Source of the DNA: Eledone cirrhosa
Taxonomy: Eukaryota
Length of the DNA: 64,000 bases
Direction of reading: 5' to 3'
NCBI GenBank assembly: GCA_964016885.1
Contig: OZ024742.1
Location: 163,184,001 to 163,248,000, forward strand
The notes beneath the pieces are model-generated. The model did not search any database and was not told where the DNA came from. It was given only the letters and a program-made list of their open reading frames with translations. The position numbers and the translations under genes are program-made. Below are positions 1 to 12,400 of this stretch, piece by piece. Position 1 is the first letter of the stretch, and each line of letters opens with the position of its first letter.

Positions 1-737
1 CTTGGCTGGCGGGAAATTATCTCCCCTTGGACGGCTGAAAATTATCTCCCCTTGGACGGCTGGAAATTATCTCCCCTTGATTTTTTTTACAAATTATCTC
101 CCCCTGATTATTTTTTACAAATTATCTCCCCCTGATTTTTTTTTTACAAATTATCTCCCCCTGATTTTTTTTACAAATTATCTCCCCCTGATTTTTTTAC
201 AAATTATCTCCCCTTGGCTGGCTGGAAATTATCTCCCCTTGGAGGCTGGAATTTATCTCCCCTTGGACGGTTAGAAATTACCTCTCCTTGGACGGCTGGA
301 AAATATGTCTCCTTGGACGGCTGGAAATTATCGCCCCTTGGACGGCTGGAAATTATCTCCCCTTGGACGGCTGGAAATTATCTCTCCTCGGACGGCTAGA
401 AATTACCTCTCCTTGGACAGCTGAAAATTATCTCCCCTTGGACGGCTGGAAATTATCTCCCCTTGATTTTTTTTACAAATTATCTCCCCCTGATTTTTTT
501 TTACAAATTATCTCCCCCTGATTTTTTTTTACAAATTATCTCCCCCTGATTTTTTTTTACAAATTATCTCCCCCTGATATTTTTTACAAATTATCTCCCC
601 CTGATTTTTTTACAAATTATCTCCCCTTGGCTGGCTGGAAATTATCTCCCCTTGGAGGCTGGAATTTATCTCCCCTTGGACGGCTAGAAATTACCTCGCC
701 TTGGACGGCTGGAAAATATGTCTCCTTGGACGGCTGG

Positions 738-762
738 AAATTATCTCCCCTTGGACGGCTGG
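738..762 (+). repeat. Representative type A monomer AAATTATCTCCCCTTGGACGGCTGG (25 bp)
   Basis: Read directly. It occurs in runs of 1 to ~21 copies, is 13/25 GC, and contains one CpG and a CCTTGG (StyI) site. Confidence 0.98.
741..746 (-). promoter_or_regulatory. Representative WGATAR (AGATAA) GATA-factor consensus inside the core, present in most monomers (motif match only)
   Basis: The reverse complement of the core is GGGGAGATAATTT. There is no evidence of actual binding. Confidence 0.3.
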
Positions 763-864
763 AAATTATCTCCCCTTGGACGGCTGGAAATTATCTCCCC
801 TTGGACGGCTAGATATTACCTCCCCTTGGACGGCTGGAAATTATCTCCCCTTGATTTTTTTTAC

Positions 865-892
865 AAATTATCTCCCCCTGATTTTTTTTTAC
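865..892 (+). repeat. Representative type B monomer AAATTATCTCCCCCTGA(T)9AC (28 bp; T-tract usually 7-10)
   Basis: Read directly. It occurs in runs of ~2-13 copies between A runs and is about 30% GC. Confidence 0.98.
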
Positions 893-2010
893 AAATTATC
901 TCCCCCTGATTTTTTTTTACGAATTATCTCCCCCCGATTTTTTTTTACAAATTATCTCCGCCTGATTTTTTTTTAAAAATTATCTCCCCTTGAACGGCTG
1001 GAAATTATCTCCCCTTGGACGGCTGGAAATTATCTCCCCTTGGACGGCTAGAAATTACCTCTCCTTGGACGGCTGAAAATTATCTCCCCTTGGACGGCTG
1101 CAAATTATCTCCCCTTGATTTTTTAACAAATTATCTCCCCCTGATTTTTTTTTACAAATTATCTCCCCCTGATTTTTTTTTACAAATTATCTCCCCCTGA
1201 TTTTTTTTACAAATTATCTCCCCCTGATTTTTTTACAAATTATCTCCCCTTGGCTGGCTGGAAATTATCTCCCCTTGGAGGCTGGAATTTATCTCCCCTT
1301 GGACGGCTAGAAATTACCTCTCCTTGGACGGCTGGAAAATATGTCCTTGGACGGCTGGATATTATCTACCCTTGGACGGCTGGAAATTATCTCCCCTTGG
1401 ACGGCTGGAAATTATCTCCCCTTGGACGGCTAGATATTACCTCCCCTTGGACGGCTGGAAATTATCTCCCCTTGATTTTTTTTACAAATTATCTCCCCCT
1501 GATTTTTTTTTACAAATTATCTCCCCCTGATTTTTTTTTACAAATTATCTACCCCTGATTTTTTTTTACAAATTATCTCCCCCTGATTTTTTTTACAAAT
1601 TATCTCTCCCTGATCTTTTTTTACAAATTATCTCCCCCTGATTTTTTTTTACCAATTATCTACTCCTGATTTTTTTTTACAAATTATCTCCCCCTGATTT
1701 TTTTTACAAATTATCTCCCCCTGATTTTTTTTACAAATTATCTCCCCCTGATTTTTTTACAAATTATCTCCCCCCGATTTTTTTTACAAATTATATCCGC
1801 CTAATTTTTTTAAATATTATCTTCCCTTGGCTGGCGGGAAATTATCTCCCCTTGGACGGCTGAAAATTATCTCCCCTTGGACGGCTGGAAATTATCTCCC
1901 CTTGATTTTTTTACAAATTATCTCCCCCTGATTATTTTTTACAAATTATCTCCCCCTGATTTTTTTTTACAAATTATCTACCTCTGATTTTTTTTACAAA
2001 TTATCTCCCC

Positions 2011-3440
2011 TTGGCTGGCTGGAAATTATCTCCCCTTGGAGGCTGGAATTTATCTCCCCTTGGACGGTTAGAAATTACCTCTCCTTGGACTGCTGGAAAA
2101 TATGTCTCCTTGGACGGCTGGAAATTATCTCCCCTTGGACGGCTGGAAATTATCTCCCCTTGGACGGCTGGAAATTATCTCTCCTCGGACGACTAGAAAT
2201 TACCTCTCCTTGGACAGCTGAAAATTATCTCCCCTTGGACGGCTGGAAATTATCTCCCCTTGATTTTTTTTACAAATTATCTCCCCCTGATTTTTTTTTA
2301 CAAATTATCTCCCCCTGATTTTTTTTTACAAATTATCTCCCCCTGATTTTTTTTACAAATTATCTCCCCCTGATATTTTTTACAAATTATCTCCCCCTGA
2401 TTTTTTTACAAATTATCTCCCCTTGGCTGGCTGGAAATTATCTCCCCTTGGAGGCTGGAATTTATCTCCCCTTGGACGGCTAGAAATTACCTCGCCTTGG
2501 ACGGCTGGAAAATATGTCTCCTTGGACGGCTGGAAATTATCTCCCCTTGGACGGCTGGAAATTATCTCCCCTTGGACGGCTGGAAATTATCTCCCCTTGG
2601 ACGGCTAGATATTACCTCCCCTTGGACGGCTGGAAATTATCTCCCCTTGATTTTTTTTACAAATTATCTCCCCCTGATTTTTTTTTACAAATTATCTCCC
2701 CCTGATTTTTTTTACGAAGTATCTCCCCCTGATTTTTTTTTACAAATTATCTCCGCCTGATTTTTTTTTTTAAATTATCTCCCCTTGAACGGCTGGAAAT
2801 TATCTCCCCTTGGACGGCTGGAAATTATCTCCCCTTGGACGGCTAGAAATTACCTCTCCTTGGACGGCTGAAAATTATCTCCCCTTGGACGGCTGCAAAT
2901 TATCTCCCCTTGATTTTTTAACAAATTATCTCCCCCTGATTTTTTTTTACAAATTATCTCCCCCTGATTTTTTTTTACAAATTATCTACGCCTAATTTTT
3001 TTTACAAATTATCTCCCCCTGATTTTTTTTTACAAATTATCTCCCCCTGATTTTTTTTACAAATTATCTCCCCCTGATTTTTTTTTACAAATTATTTCCC
3101 CCTGATTTTTTTACAAATTATCTCCCCCCTGATTTTTTTTACAATCTCCGCCTGATTTTTTTAAAAATTATCTTCCCTTGGCTGGCGGGAAATTATCTCC
3201 CCTTGGACGGCTGGAAATTATATCCCCTTGGAAGGATGGAAATTATCTCCCCTTGGACGGCTGGAAATTATCTCCCCTTGGACGGCTGGAAATTATCTCC
3301 CCTTGGACAGCTGGAAATTATCTGCCCTTGATTTTGTTTTTACAAATTATCTCCCCCTGATTTTTTTTACAAATTATCTCCACCTGATTTTTTAAAAAAT
3401 TATCTCCCCTTGGACGGCTGGAAATTATCTCCCCTTGATT
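2011..3440 (+). repeat. Representative recurrent ~1.4-kb higher-order cassette: A10 - B6 - A9 - B5 - A5 (TTGAACGG..GGCTGC) - B~10 - A6 or A4 - B3 - A1
   Basis: The same block order and diagnostic variants start at ~2011, 9235, 18997, 26642, 34070, 37928, 45383, 49654, 51454 and 54536. Related versions start at 214, 4899, 11877 and 57453. Confidence 0.85.
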
Positions 3441-6400
3441 TTTTTACAAATTATCTCCCCCTGATTTTTTTTTACAAATTATCTCCCCCTGATTTTTTTT
3501 TACAAATTATCTCCCCCTGATTTTTTTTTACAAATTATCTCACCCTGATTTTTTTTACAAATTATCAGTCCCTGATTTTTTTACAAATTATCTCCCCTTG
3601 GCTGGCTGGAAATTATCTCCCCTTGGAGGCTGGAATTTATCTCCCCTTGGACGGCTAGAAATTACCTCTCCTTGGACGGCTGGAAAATATGTCTCCTTGG
3701 ACGGCTGGATATTATCTACCCTTGGACGGCTGGAAATTATCTCCCCTTGGACGGCTGGAAATTATCTCCTCTTGGACGGCTAGATATTACCTCCCCTTGG
3801 ACGGCTGGAAATTATCTCCCCTTGATTTTTTTACAAATTATCTCCCCCTGATTTTTTTACAAATTATCTCCCCCTGATTTTTTTTACAAATTATCTCCGC
3901 CTAATTTTTTTAAATATTATCTTCCCTTGGCTGGCGGGAAATTATCTCCCCTTGGACGGCTGAAAATTATCTCCCCTTGGACGGCTGGAAATTATCTCCC
4001 CTTGATTTTTTTTACAAATTATCTCCCCCTGATTTTTTTTTACAAATTATCTCCCCCTGATTTTTTTTACAAATTATCTCCCCCTGATTTTTTTTACAAA
4101 TTATCTCCCCTTGGCTGGCTGGAAATTATCTCCCCTTGGAGGCTGGAATTTATCTCCCCTTGGAAGGCTAGAAATTACCTCTCCTTGGACGGCTGGAAAA
4201 TATGTCCTTGGACGGCTGGATATTATCTACCCTTGGACGGCTGGAAATTATCTCCCCTTGGACGGCTGGAAATTATCTCCCCTTGGACGGCTAGATATTA
4301 CCTCGCCTTGGACGGCTGGAAATTATCTCCCCTTGATTTTTTTTACAAATTATCTCCCCCTGATTTTTTTTTACAAATTATCTCCCCCTGATTTTTTTTT
4401 ACAAATTATCTCCCCCTGATTTTTTTTTACAAATTATCTACCCCTGATTTTTTTTTACAAATTATCTCCGCCTGATTTTTTTTTACAAATTATCTCCCCT
4501 TGATTTTTTTTTACAAATTATCTACCCCTAATTTTTTTTACAAATTATCTCCCCCTGATTTTTTTTACAAATTATCTCCCCCTGATTTTGTTTACAAATT
4601 ATCTCCCCCTGATTTTTTTACAAATTATCTCCCCCTGATTTTTTTTACAAATTATCTCCGCCTAATTTTTTTAAATATTATCTTCCCTTGGCTGGCGGGA
4701 AATTATCTCCCCTTGGACGGCTGAAAATTATCTCCCCTTGGACGGCTGGAAATTATCTCCCCTTGATTTTTTTTACAAATTATCTCCCCCTGATTATTTT
4801 TTACAAATTATCTCCCCCTGATTTTTTTTTACAAATTATCTCCCCCTGATTTTTTTTACAAATTATCTCCCCCTGATTTTTTTACAAATTATCTACCCTT
4901 GGCTGGCTGGAAATTATCTCCCCTTGGAGGCTGGAATTTATCTCCCCTTGGACGGTTAGAAATTACCTCTCCTTGGACGGCTGGAAAATATGTCTCCTTG
5001 GACGGCTGGAAATTATCGCCCCTTGGACGGCTGGAAATTATCTCCCCTTGGACGGCTGGAAATTATCTCTCCTCGGACGGCTAGAAATTACCTCTCCTTG
5101 GACAGCTGAAAATTATCTCCCCTTGGACGGCTGGAAATTATCTCCCCTTGATTTTTTTTACAAATTATCTCCCCCTGATTTTTTTTTACAAATTATCTCC
5201 CCCTGATTTTTTTTTACAAATTATCTCCCCCTGATTTTTTTTTACAAATTATCTCCCCCTGATATTTTTTACAAATTATCTCCCCCTGATTTTTTTACAA
5301 ATTATCTCCCCTTGGCTGGCTGGAAATTATCTCCCCTTGGAGGCTGGAATTTATCTCCCCTTGGACGGCTAGAAATTACCTCGCCTTGGACGGCTGGAAA
5401 ATATGTCTCCTTGGACGGCTGGAAATTATCTCCCCTTGGACGGCTGGAAATTATCTCCCCTTGGACGGCTGGAAATTATCTCCCCTTGGACGGCTAGATA
5501 TTACCTCCCCTTGGACGGCTGGAAATTATCTCCCCTTGATTTTTTTTACAAATTATCTCCCCCTGATTTTTTTTTACAAATTATCTCCCCCTGATTTTTT
5601 TTTACGAATTATCTCCCCCCGATTTTTTTTTACAAATTATCTCCGCCTGATTTTTTTTTAAAAATTATCTCCCCTTGAACGGCTGGAAATTATCTCCCCT
5701 TGGACGGCTGGAAATTATCTCCCCTTGGACGGCTAGAAATTACCTCTCCTTGGACGGCTGAAAATTATCTCCCCTTGGACGGCTGCAAATTATCTCCCCT
5801 TGATTTTTTAACAAATTATCTCCCCCTGATTTTTTTTTACAAATTATCTCCCCCTGATTTTTTTTTACAAATTATCTCCCCCTGATTTTTTTTTACAAAT
5901 TATCTCCCCCTGATTTTTTTACAAATTATCTCCCCCTGATTTTTTTTACAATCTCCGCCTGATTTTTTAAAAAATTATCTTCCCTTGGCTGGCGGGAAAT
6001 TATCTCCCCTTGGACGGCTGGAAATTATATCCCCTTGGAAGGATGGAAATTATCTCCCCTTGGACGGCTGGAAATTATCTCCCCTTGGACGGCTGGAAAT
6101 TATCTCCCCTTGGACAGCTGGAAATTATCTGCCCTTGATTTTGTTTTTACAAATTATCTCCCCCTGATTTTTTTTACAAATTATCTCCACCTGATTTTTA
6201 AAAAAATTATCTCCCCTTGGACGGCTGGAAGTTATCTCCCCTTGATTTTTTTACAAATTATCTCCCCCTGATTTTTTTTACAAATTATCTCCCCCTGATT
6301 TTTTGTTACAAATTATCTCCCCCTGATTTTTTTACAAATTATCTCCCCCTGATTTTTTTTACAAATTATCTCCCCCTGATTTTTTTAAATATTATCTTCC

Positions 6401-9400
6401 CTTGGCTGGCGGGAAATTATCTCCCCTTGGACGGCTGAAAATTATCTCCCCTTGGACGGCTGGAAATTATCTCCCCTTGATTTTTTTTACAAATTATCTC
6501 CCCCTGATTTTTTTTTACAAATTATCTCCCCCTGATTTTTTTTTACAAATTATCTCCCCCTGATTTTTTTTTACAAATTATCTCCACCTGATTTTTTTTT
6601 ACAAATTATCTCCCCCTGATTTTTTTACAAATTATCTCCCCTTGGCTGGCAGGAAATTATCTCCCCTTGGAGGCTGGAATTTATCTCCCCTTGGACGGTT
6701 AGAAATTACCTCTCCTTGGAGGGCTGGAAAATATGTCTCCTTGGACGGCTGGATATTATCTACCCTTGGACGGCTGGAAATTATCTCCCCTTGGACGGCT
6801 GGAAATTATCTCCCCTTGGACGGCTAGATATTACCTCCCCTTGGACGGCTGGAAATTATCTCCCCTTGATTTTTTTTACAAATTATCTCCCCCTGATTTT
6901 TTTTTACGAATTATCTCCCCCTGATTTTTTTTTACAAATTATCTCCGCCTGATTTTTTTTTTTAAATTATCTCCCCTTGAACGGCTGGAAATTATCTCCC
7001 CTTGGACGGCTGGAAATTATCTCCCCTTGGACGGCTAGAAATTACCTCTCCTTGGACGGCTGAAAATTATCTCCCCTTGGACGGCTGCAAATTATCTCCC
7101 CTTGATTTTTTTAACAAATTATCTCCCCCTGATTTTTTTTTACAAATTATCTCCCCCTGATTTTTTTTTACAAATTATCTACGCCTAATTTTTTTTACAA
7201 ATTATCTCCCCCTGATTTTTTTTTACAAATTATCTCCCCCTGATTTTTTTTACAAATTATCTCCCCCTGATTTTTTTTTACAAATTATCTCCCCCTGCTT
7301 TTTTTACAAATTATCTCCCCCCTGATTATTTTTACAATCTCCGCCTGATTTTTTTAAAAATTATCTTCCCTTGGCTGGCGGGAAATTATCTCCCCTTGGA
7401 CGGCTGGAAATTATATCCCCTTGGAAGGATGGAAATTATCTCCCCTTGGACGGCTGGAAATTATCTCCCCTTGGACGGCTGGAAATTACCTCCCCTTGGA
7501 CAGCTGGAAATTATCTGCCCTTGATTTTGTTTTTACAAATTATCTCCCCCTGATTTTTTTTACAAATTATCTCCACCTGATTTTTTAAAAAATTATCTCC
7601 CCTTGGACGGCTGGAAATTATCTCCCCTTGATTTTTTTACAAATTATCTCCCCCTGATTTTTTTTACAAATTATCTCCCCCTGATTTTTTTTTTACAAAT
7701 TATCTCCCCCTGATTTTTTTACAAATTATCTCCCCCTGATTTTTTTTACAAATTATCTCCGCCTGATTTTTTTAAATATTATCTTCCCTTGGCTGGCGGG
7801 AAATTATCTCCCCTTGGAAGGCTGAAAATTATCTCCCCTTGGACGGCTGGAAATTATCTCCCCTTGATTTTTTTACAAATTATCTCCCCCTGATTTTTTT
7901 TTACAAATTATCTCCCCCTGATTTTTTTTTACAAATTATCTCCCCCTGATTTTTTTTTACAAATTATCTCCGCCTGATTTTTTTAAATATTATCTCCCCT
8001 TGGACGGCTGGAAATTATCTCCCCTTGGACGGCTAGATATTACCTCCCCTTGGACGGCTGGAAATTATCTCCCCTTGATTTTTTTTACAAATTATCTCCC
8101 CCTGATTTTTTTTTACAAATTATCTCCCCCTGATTTTTTTTTACGAATTATCTCCCCCCGATTTTTTTTTACAAATTATCTCCGCCTGATTTTTTTTTAA
8201 AAATTATCTCCCCTTGAACGGCTGGAAATTATCTCCCCTTGGACGGCTGGAAATTATCTCCCCTTGGACGGCTAGAAATTACCTCTCCTTGGACGGCTGA
8301 AAATTATCTCCCCTTGGACGGCTGCAAATTATCTCCCCTTGATTTTTTAACAAATTATCTCCCCCTGATTTTTTTTTACAAATTATCTCCCCCTGATTTT
8401 TTTTTACAAATTATCTCCCCCTGATTTTTTTTACAAATTATCTCCCCCTGATTTTTTTACAAATTATCTCCCCTTGGCTGGCTGGAAATTATCTCCCCTT
8501 GGAGGCTGGAATTTATCTCCCCTTGGACGGCTAGAAATTACCTCTCCTTGGACGGCTGGAAAATATGTCCTTGGACGGCTGGATATTATCTACCCTTGGA
8601 CGGCTGGAAATTATCTCCCCTTGGACGGCTGGAAATTATCTCCCCTTGGACGGCTAGATATTACCTCCCCTTGGACGGCTGGAAATTATCTCCCCTTGAT
8701 TTTTTTTACAAATTATCTCCCCCTGATTTTTTTTTACAAATTATCTCCCCCTGATTTTTTTTTACAAATTATCTACCCCTGATTTTTTTTTACAAATTAT
8801 CTCCCCCTGATTTTTTTTACAAATTATCTCTCCCTGATCTTTTTTTACAAATTATCTCCCCCTGATTTTTTTTTACCAATTATCTACCCCTGATTTTTTT
8901 TTACAAATTATCTCCCCCTGATTTTTTTTACAAATTATCTCCCCCTGATTTTTTTTACAAATTATCTCCCCCTGATTTTTTTACAAATTATCTCCCCCCG
9001 ATTTTTTTTACAAATTATATCCGCCTAATTTTTTTAAATATTATCTTCCCTTGGCTGGCGGGAAATTATCTCCCCTTGGACGGCTGAAAATTATCTCCCC
9101 TTGGACGGCTGGAAATTATCTCCCCTTGATTTTTTTACAAATTATCTCCCCCTGATTATTTTTTACAAATTATCTCCCCCTGATTTTTTTTTACAAATTA
9201 TCTACCTCTGATTTTTTTTACAAATTATCTCCCCTTGGCTGGCTGGAAATTATCTCCCCTTGGAGGCTGGAATTTATCTCCCCTTGGACGGTTAGAAATT
9301 ACCTCTCCTTGGACTGCTGGAAAATATGTCTCCTTGGACGGCTGGAAATTATCTCCCCTTGGACGGCTGGAAATTATCTCCCCTTGGACGGCTGGAAATT

Positions 9401-12400
9401 ATCTCTCCTCGGACGACTAGAAATTACCTCTCCTTGGACAGCTGAAAATTATCTCCCCTTGGACGGCTGGAAATTATCTCCCCTTGATTTTTTTTACAAA
9501 TTATCTCCCCCTGATTTTTTTTTACAAATTATCTCCCCCTGATTTTTTTTTACAAATTATCTCCCCCTGATTTTTTTTACAAATTATCTCCCCCTGATAT
9601 TTTTTACAAATTATCTCCCCCTGATTTTTTTACAAATTATCTCCCCTTGGCTGGCTGGAAATTATCTCCCCTTGGAGGCTGGAATTTATCTCCCCTTGGA
9701 CGGCTAGAAATTACCTCGCCTTGGACGGCTGGAAAATATGTCTCCTTGGACGGCTGGAAATTATCTCCCCTTGGACGGCTGGAAATTATCTCCCCTTGGA
9801 CGGCTGGAAATTATCTCCCCTTGGACGGCTAGATATTACCTCCCCTTGGACGGCTGGAAATTATCTCCCCTTGATTTTTTTTACAAATTATCTCCCCCTG
9901 ATTTTTTTTTACAAATTATCTCCCCCTGATTTTTTTTACGAAGTATCTCCCCCTGATTTTTTTTTACAAATTATCTCCGCCTGATTTTTTTTTTAAAATT
10001 ATCTCCCCTTGAACGGCTGGAAATTATCTCCCCTTGGACGGCTGGAAATTATCTCCCCTTGGACGGCTAGAAATTACCTCTCCTTGGACGGCTGAAAATT
10101 ATCTCCCCTTGGACGGCTGCAAATTATCTCCCCTTGATTTTTTAACAAATTATCTCCCCCTGATTTTTTTTTACAAATTATCTCCCCCTGATTTTTTTTT
10201 ACAAATTATCTACGCCTAATTTTTTTTACAAATTATCTCCCCCTGATTTTTTTTTACAAATTATCTGCCCCTGATTTTTTTTACAAATTATCTCCCCCTG
10301 ATTTTTTTTTACAAATTATTTCCCCCTGATTTTTTTACAAATTATCTCCCCCCTGATTTTTTTTACAATCTCCGCCTGATTTTTTTAAAAATTATCTTCC
10401 CTTGGCTGGCGGGAAATTATCTCCCCTTGGACGGCTGGAAATTATATCCCCTTGGAAGGATGGAAATTATCTCCCCTTGGACGGCTGGAAATTATCTCCC
10501 CTTGGACGGCTGGAAATTATCTCCCCTTGGACAGCTGGAAATTATCTGCCCTTGATTTTGTTTTTACAAATTATCTCCCCCTGATTTTTTTTACAAATTA
10601 TCTCCACCTGATTTTTTAAAAAATTATCTCCCCTTGGACGGCTGGAAATTATCTCCCCTTGATTTTTTTACAAATTATCTCCCCCTGATTTTTTTTTACA
10701 AATTATCTCCCCCTGATTTTTTTTTACAAATTATCTCCCCCTGATTTTTTTTTACAAATTATCTCACCCTGATTTTTTTTACAAATTATCAGTCCCTGAT
10801 TTTTTTACAAATTATCTCCCCTTGGCTGGCTGGAAATTATCTCCCCTTGGAGGCTGGAATTTATCTCCCCTTGGACGGCTAGAAATTACCTCTCCTTGGA
10901 CGGCTGGAAAATATGTCTCCTTGGACGGCTGGATATTATCTACCCTTGGACGGCTGGAAATTATCTCCCCTTGGACGGCTGGAAATTATCTCCTCTTGGA
11001 CGGCTAGATATTACCTCCCCTTGGACGGCTGGAAATTATCTCCCCTTGATTTTTTTACAAATTATCTCCCCCTGATTTTTTTACAAATTATCTCCCCCTG
11101 ATTTTTTTTACAAATTATCTCCGCCTAATTTTTTTAAATATTATCTTCCCTTGGCTGGCGGGAAATTATCTCCCCTTGGACGGCTGAAAATTATCTCCCC
11201 TTGGACGGCTGGAAATTATCTCCCCTTGATTTTTTTTACAAATTATCTCCCCCTGATTTTTTTTTACAAATTATCTCCCCCTGATTTTTTTTACAAATTA
11301 TCTCCCCCTGATTTTTTTTACAAATTATCTCCCCTTGGCTGGCTGGAAATTATCTCCCCTTGGAGGCTGGAATTTATCTCCCCTTGGAAGGCTAGAAATT
11401 ACCTCTCCTTGGACGGCTGGAAAATATGTCCTTGGACGGCTGGATATTATCTACCCTTGGACGGCTGGAAATTATCTCCCCTTGGACGGCTGGAAATTAT
11501 CTCCCCTTGGACGGCTAGATATTACCTCCCCTTGGACGGCTGGAAATTATCTCCCCTTGATTTTTTTTACAAATTATCTCCCCCTGATTTTTTTTTACAA
11601 ATTATCTCCCCCTGATTTTTTTTTACAAATTATCTCCGCCTAATTTTTTTAAATATTATCTTCCCTTGGCTGGCGGGAAATTATCTCCCCTTGGACGGCT
11701 GAAAATTATCTCCCCTTGGACGGCTGGAAATTATCTCCCCTTGATTTTTTTTACAAATTATCTCCCCCTGATTATTTTTTACAAATTATCTCCCCCTGAT
11801 TTTTTTTTACAAATTATCTCCCCCTGATTTTTTTTACAAATTATCTCCCCCTGATTTTTTTACAAATTATCTACCCTTGGCTGGCTGGAAATTATCTCCC
11901 CTTGGAGGCTGGAATTTATCTCCCCTTGGACGGTTAGAAATTACCTCTCCTTGGACGGCTGGAAAATATGTCTCCTTGGACGGCTGGAAATTATCGCCCC
12001 TTGGACGGCTGGAAATTATCTCCCCTTGGACGGCTGGAAATTATCTCTCCTCGGACGGCTAGAAATTACCTCTCCTTGGACAGCTGAAAATTATCTCCCC
12101 TTGGACGGCTGGAAATTATCTCCCCTTGATTTTTTTTACAAATTATCTCCCCCTGATTTTTTTTTACAAATTATCTCCCCCTGATTTTTTTTTACAAATT
12201 ATCTCCCCCTGATTTTTTTTTACAAATTATCTCCCCCTGATATTTTTTACAAATTATCTCCCCCTGATTTTTTTACAAATTATCTCCCCTTGGCTGGCTG
12301 GAAATTATCTCCCCTTGGAGGCTGGAATTTATCTCCCCTTGGACGGCTAGAAATTACCTCGCCTTGGACGGCTGGAAAATATGTCTCCTTGGACGGCTGG

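Larger units (their letters stand above)
1..1200 (+). repeat. Near-identical copy of ~4686-5885 (offset 4,685 bp), probably the tail of a duplication starting upstream of the window
   Basis: ORF-track pairs 214/4899, 627/5312 and 1015/5700 all differ by 4,685. The rare ATTATCGCCCC variant is shared. Confidence 0.85.

Noticed and set aside
10-26. NF-kB/Rel-like site in GGGAAATTATCTCCCC
   Set aside because: The spacing between the GGG and CC half-sites is too long for the 10-11-bp GGGRNWYYCC consensus.
851-990. Rho-independent terminators or Pol III terminators at the T-tracts
   Set aside because: No stable GC hairpin precedes the T-runs and there is no upstream gene. The tracts are simply part of monomer B.
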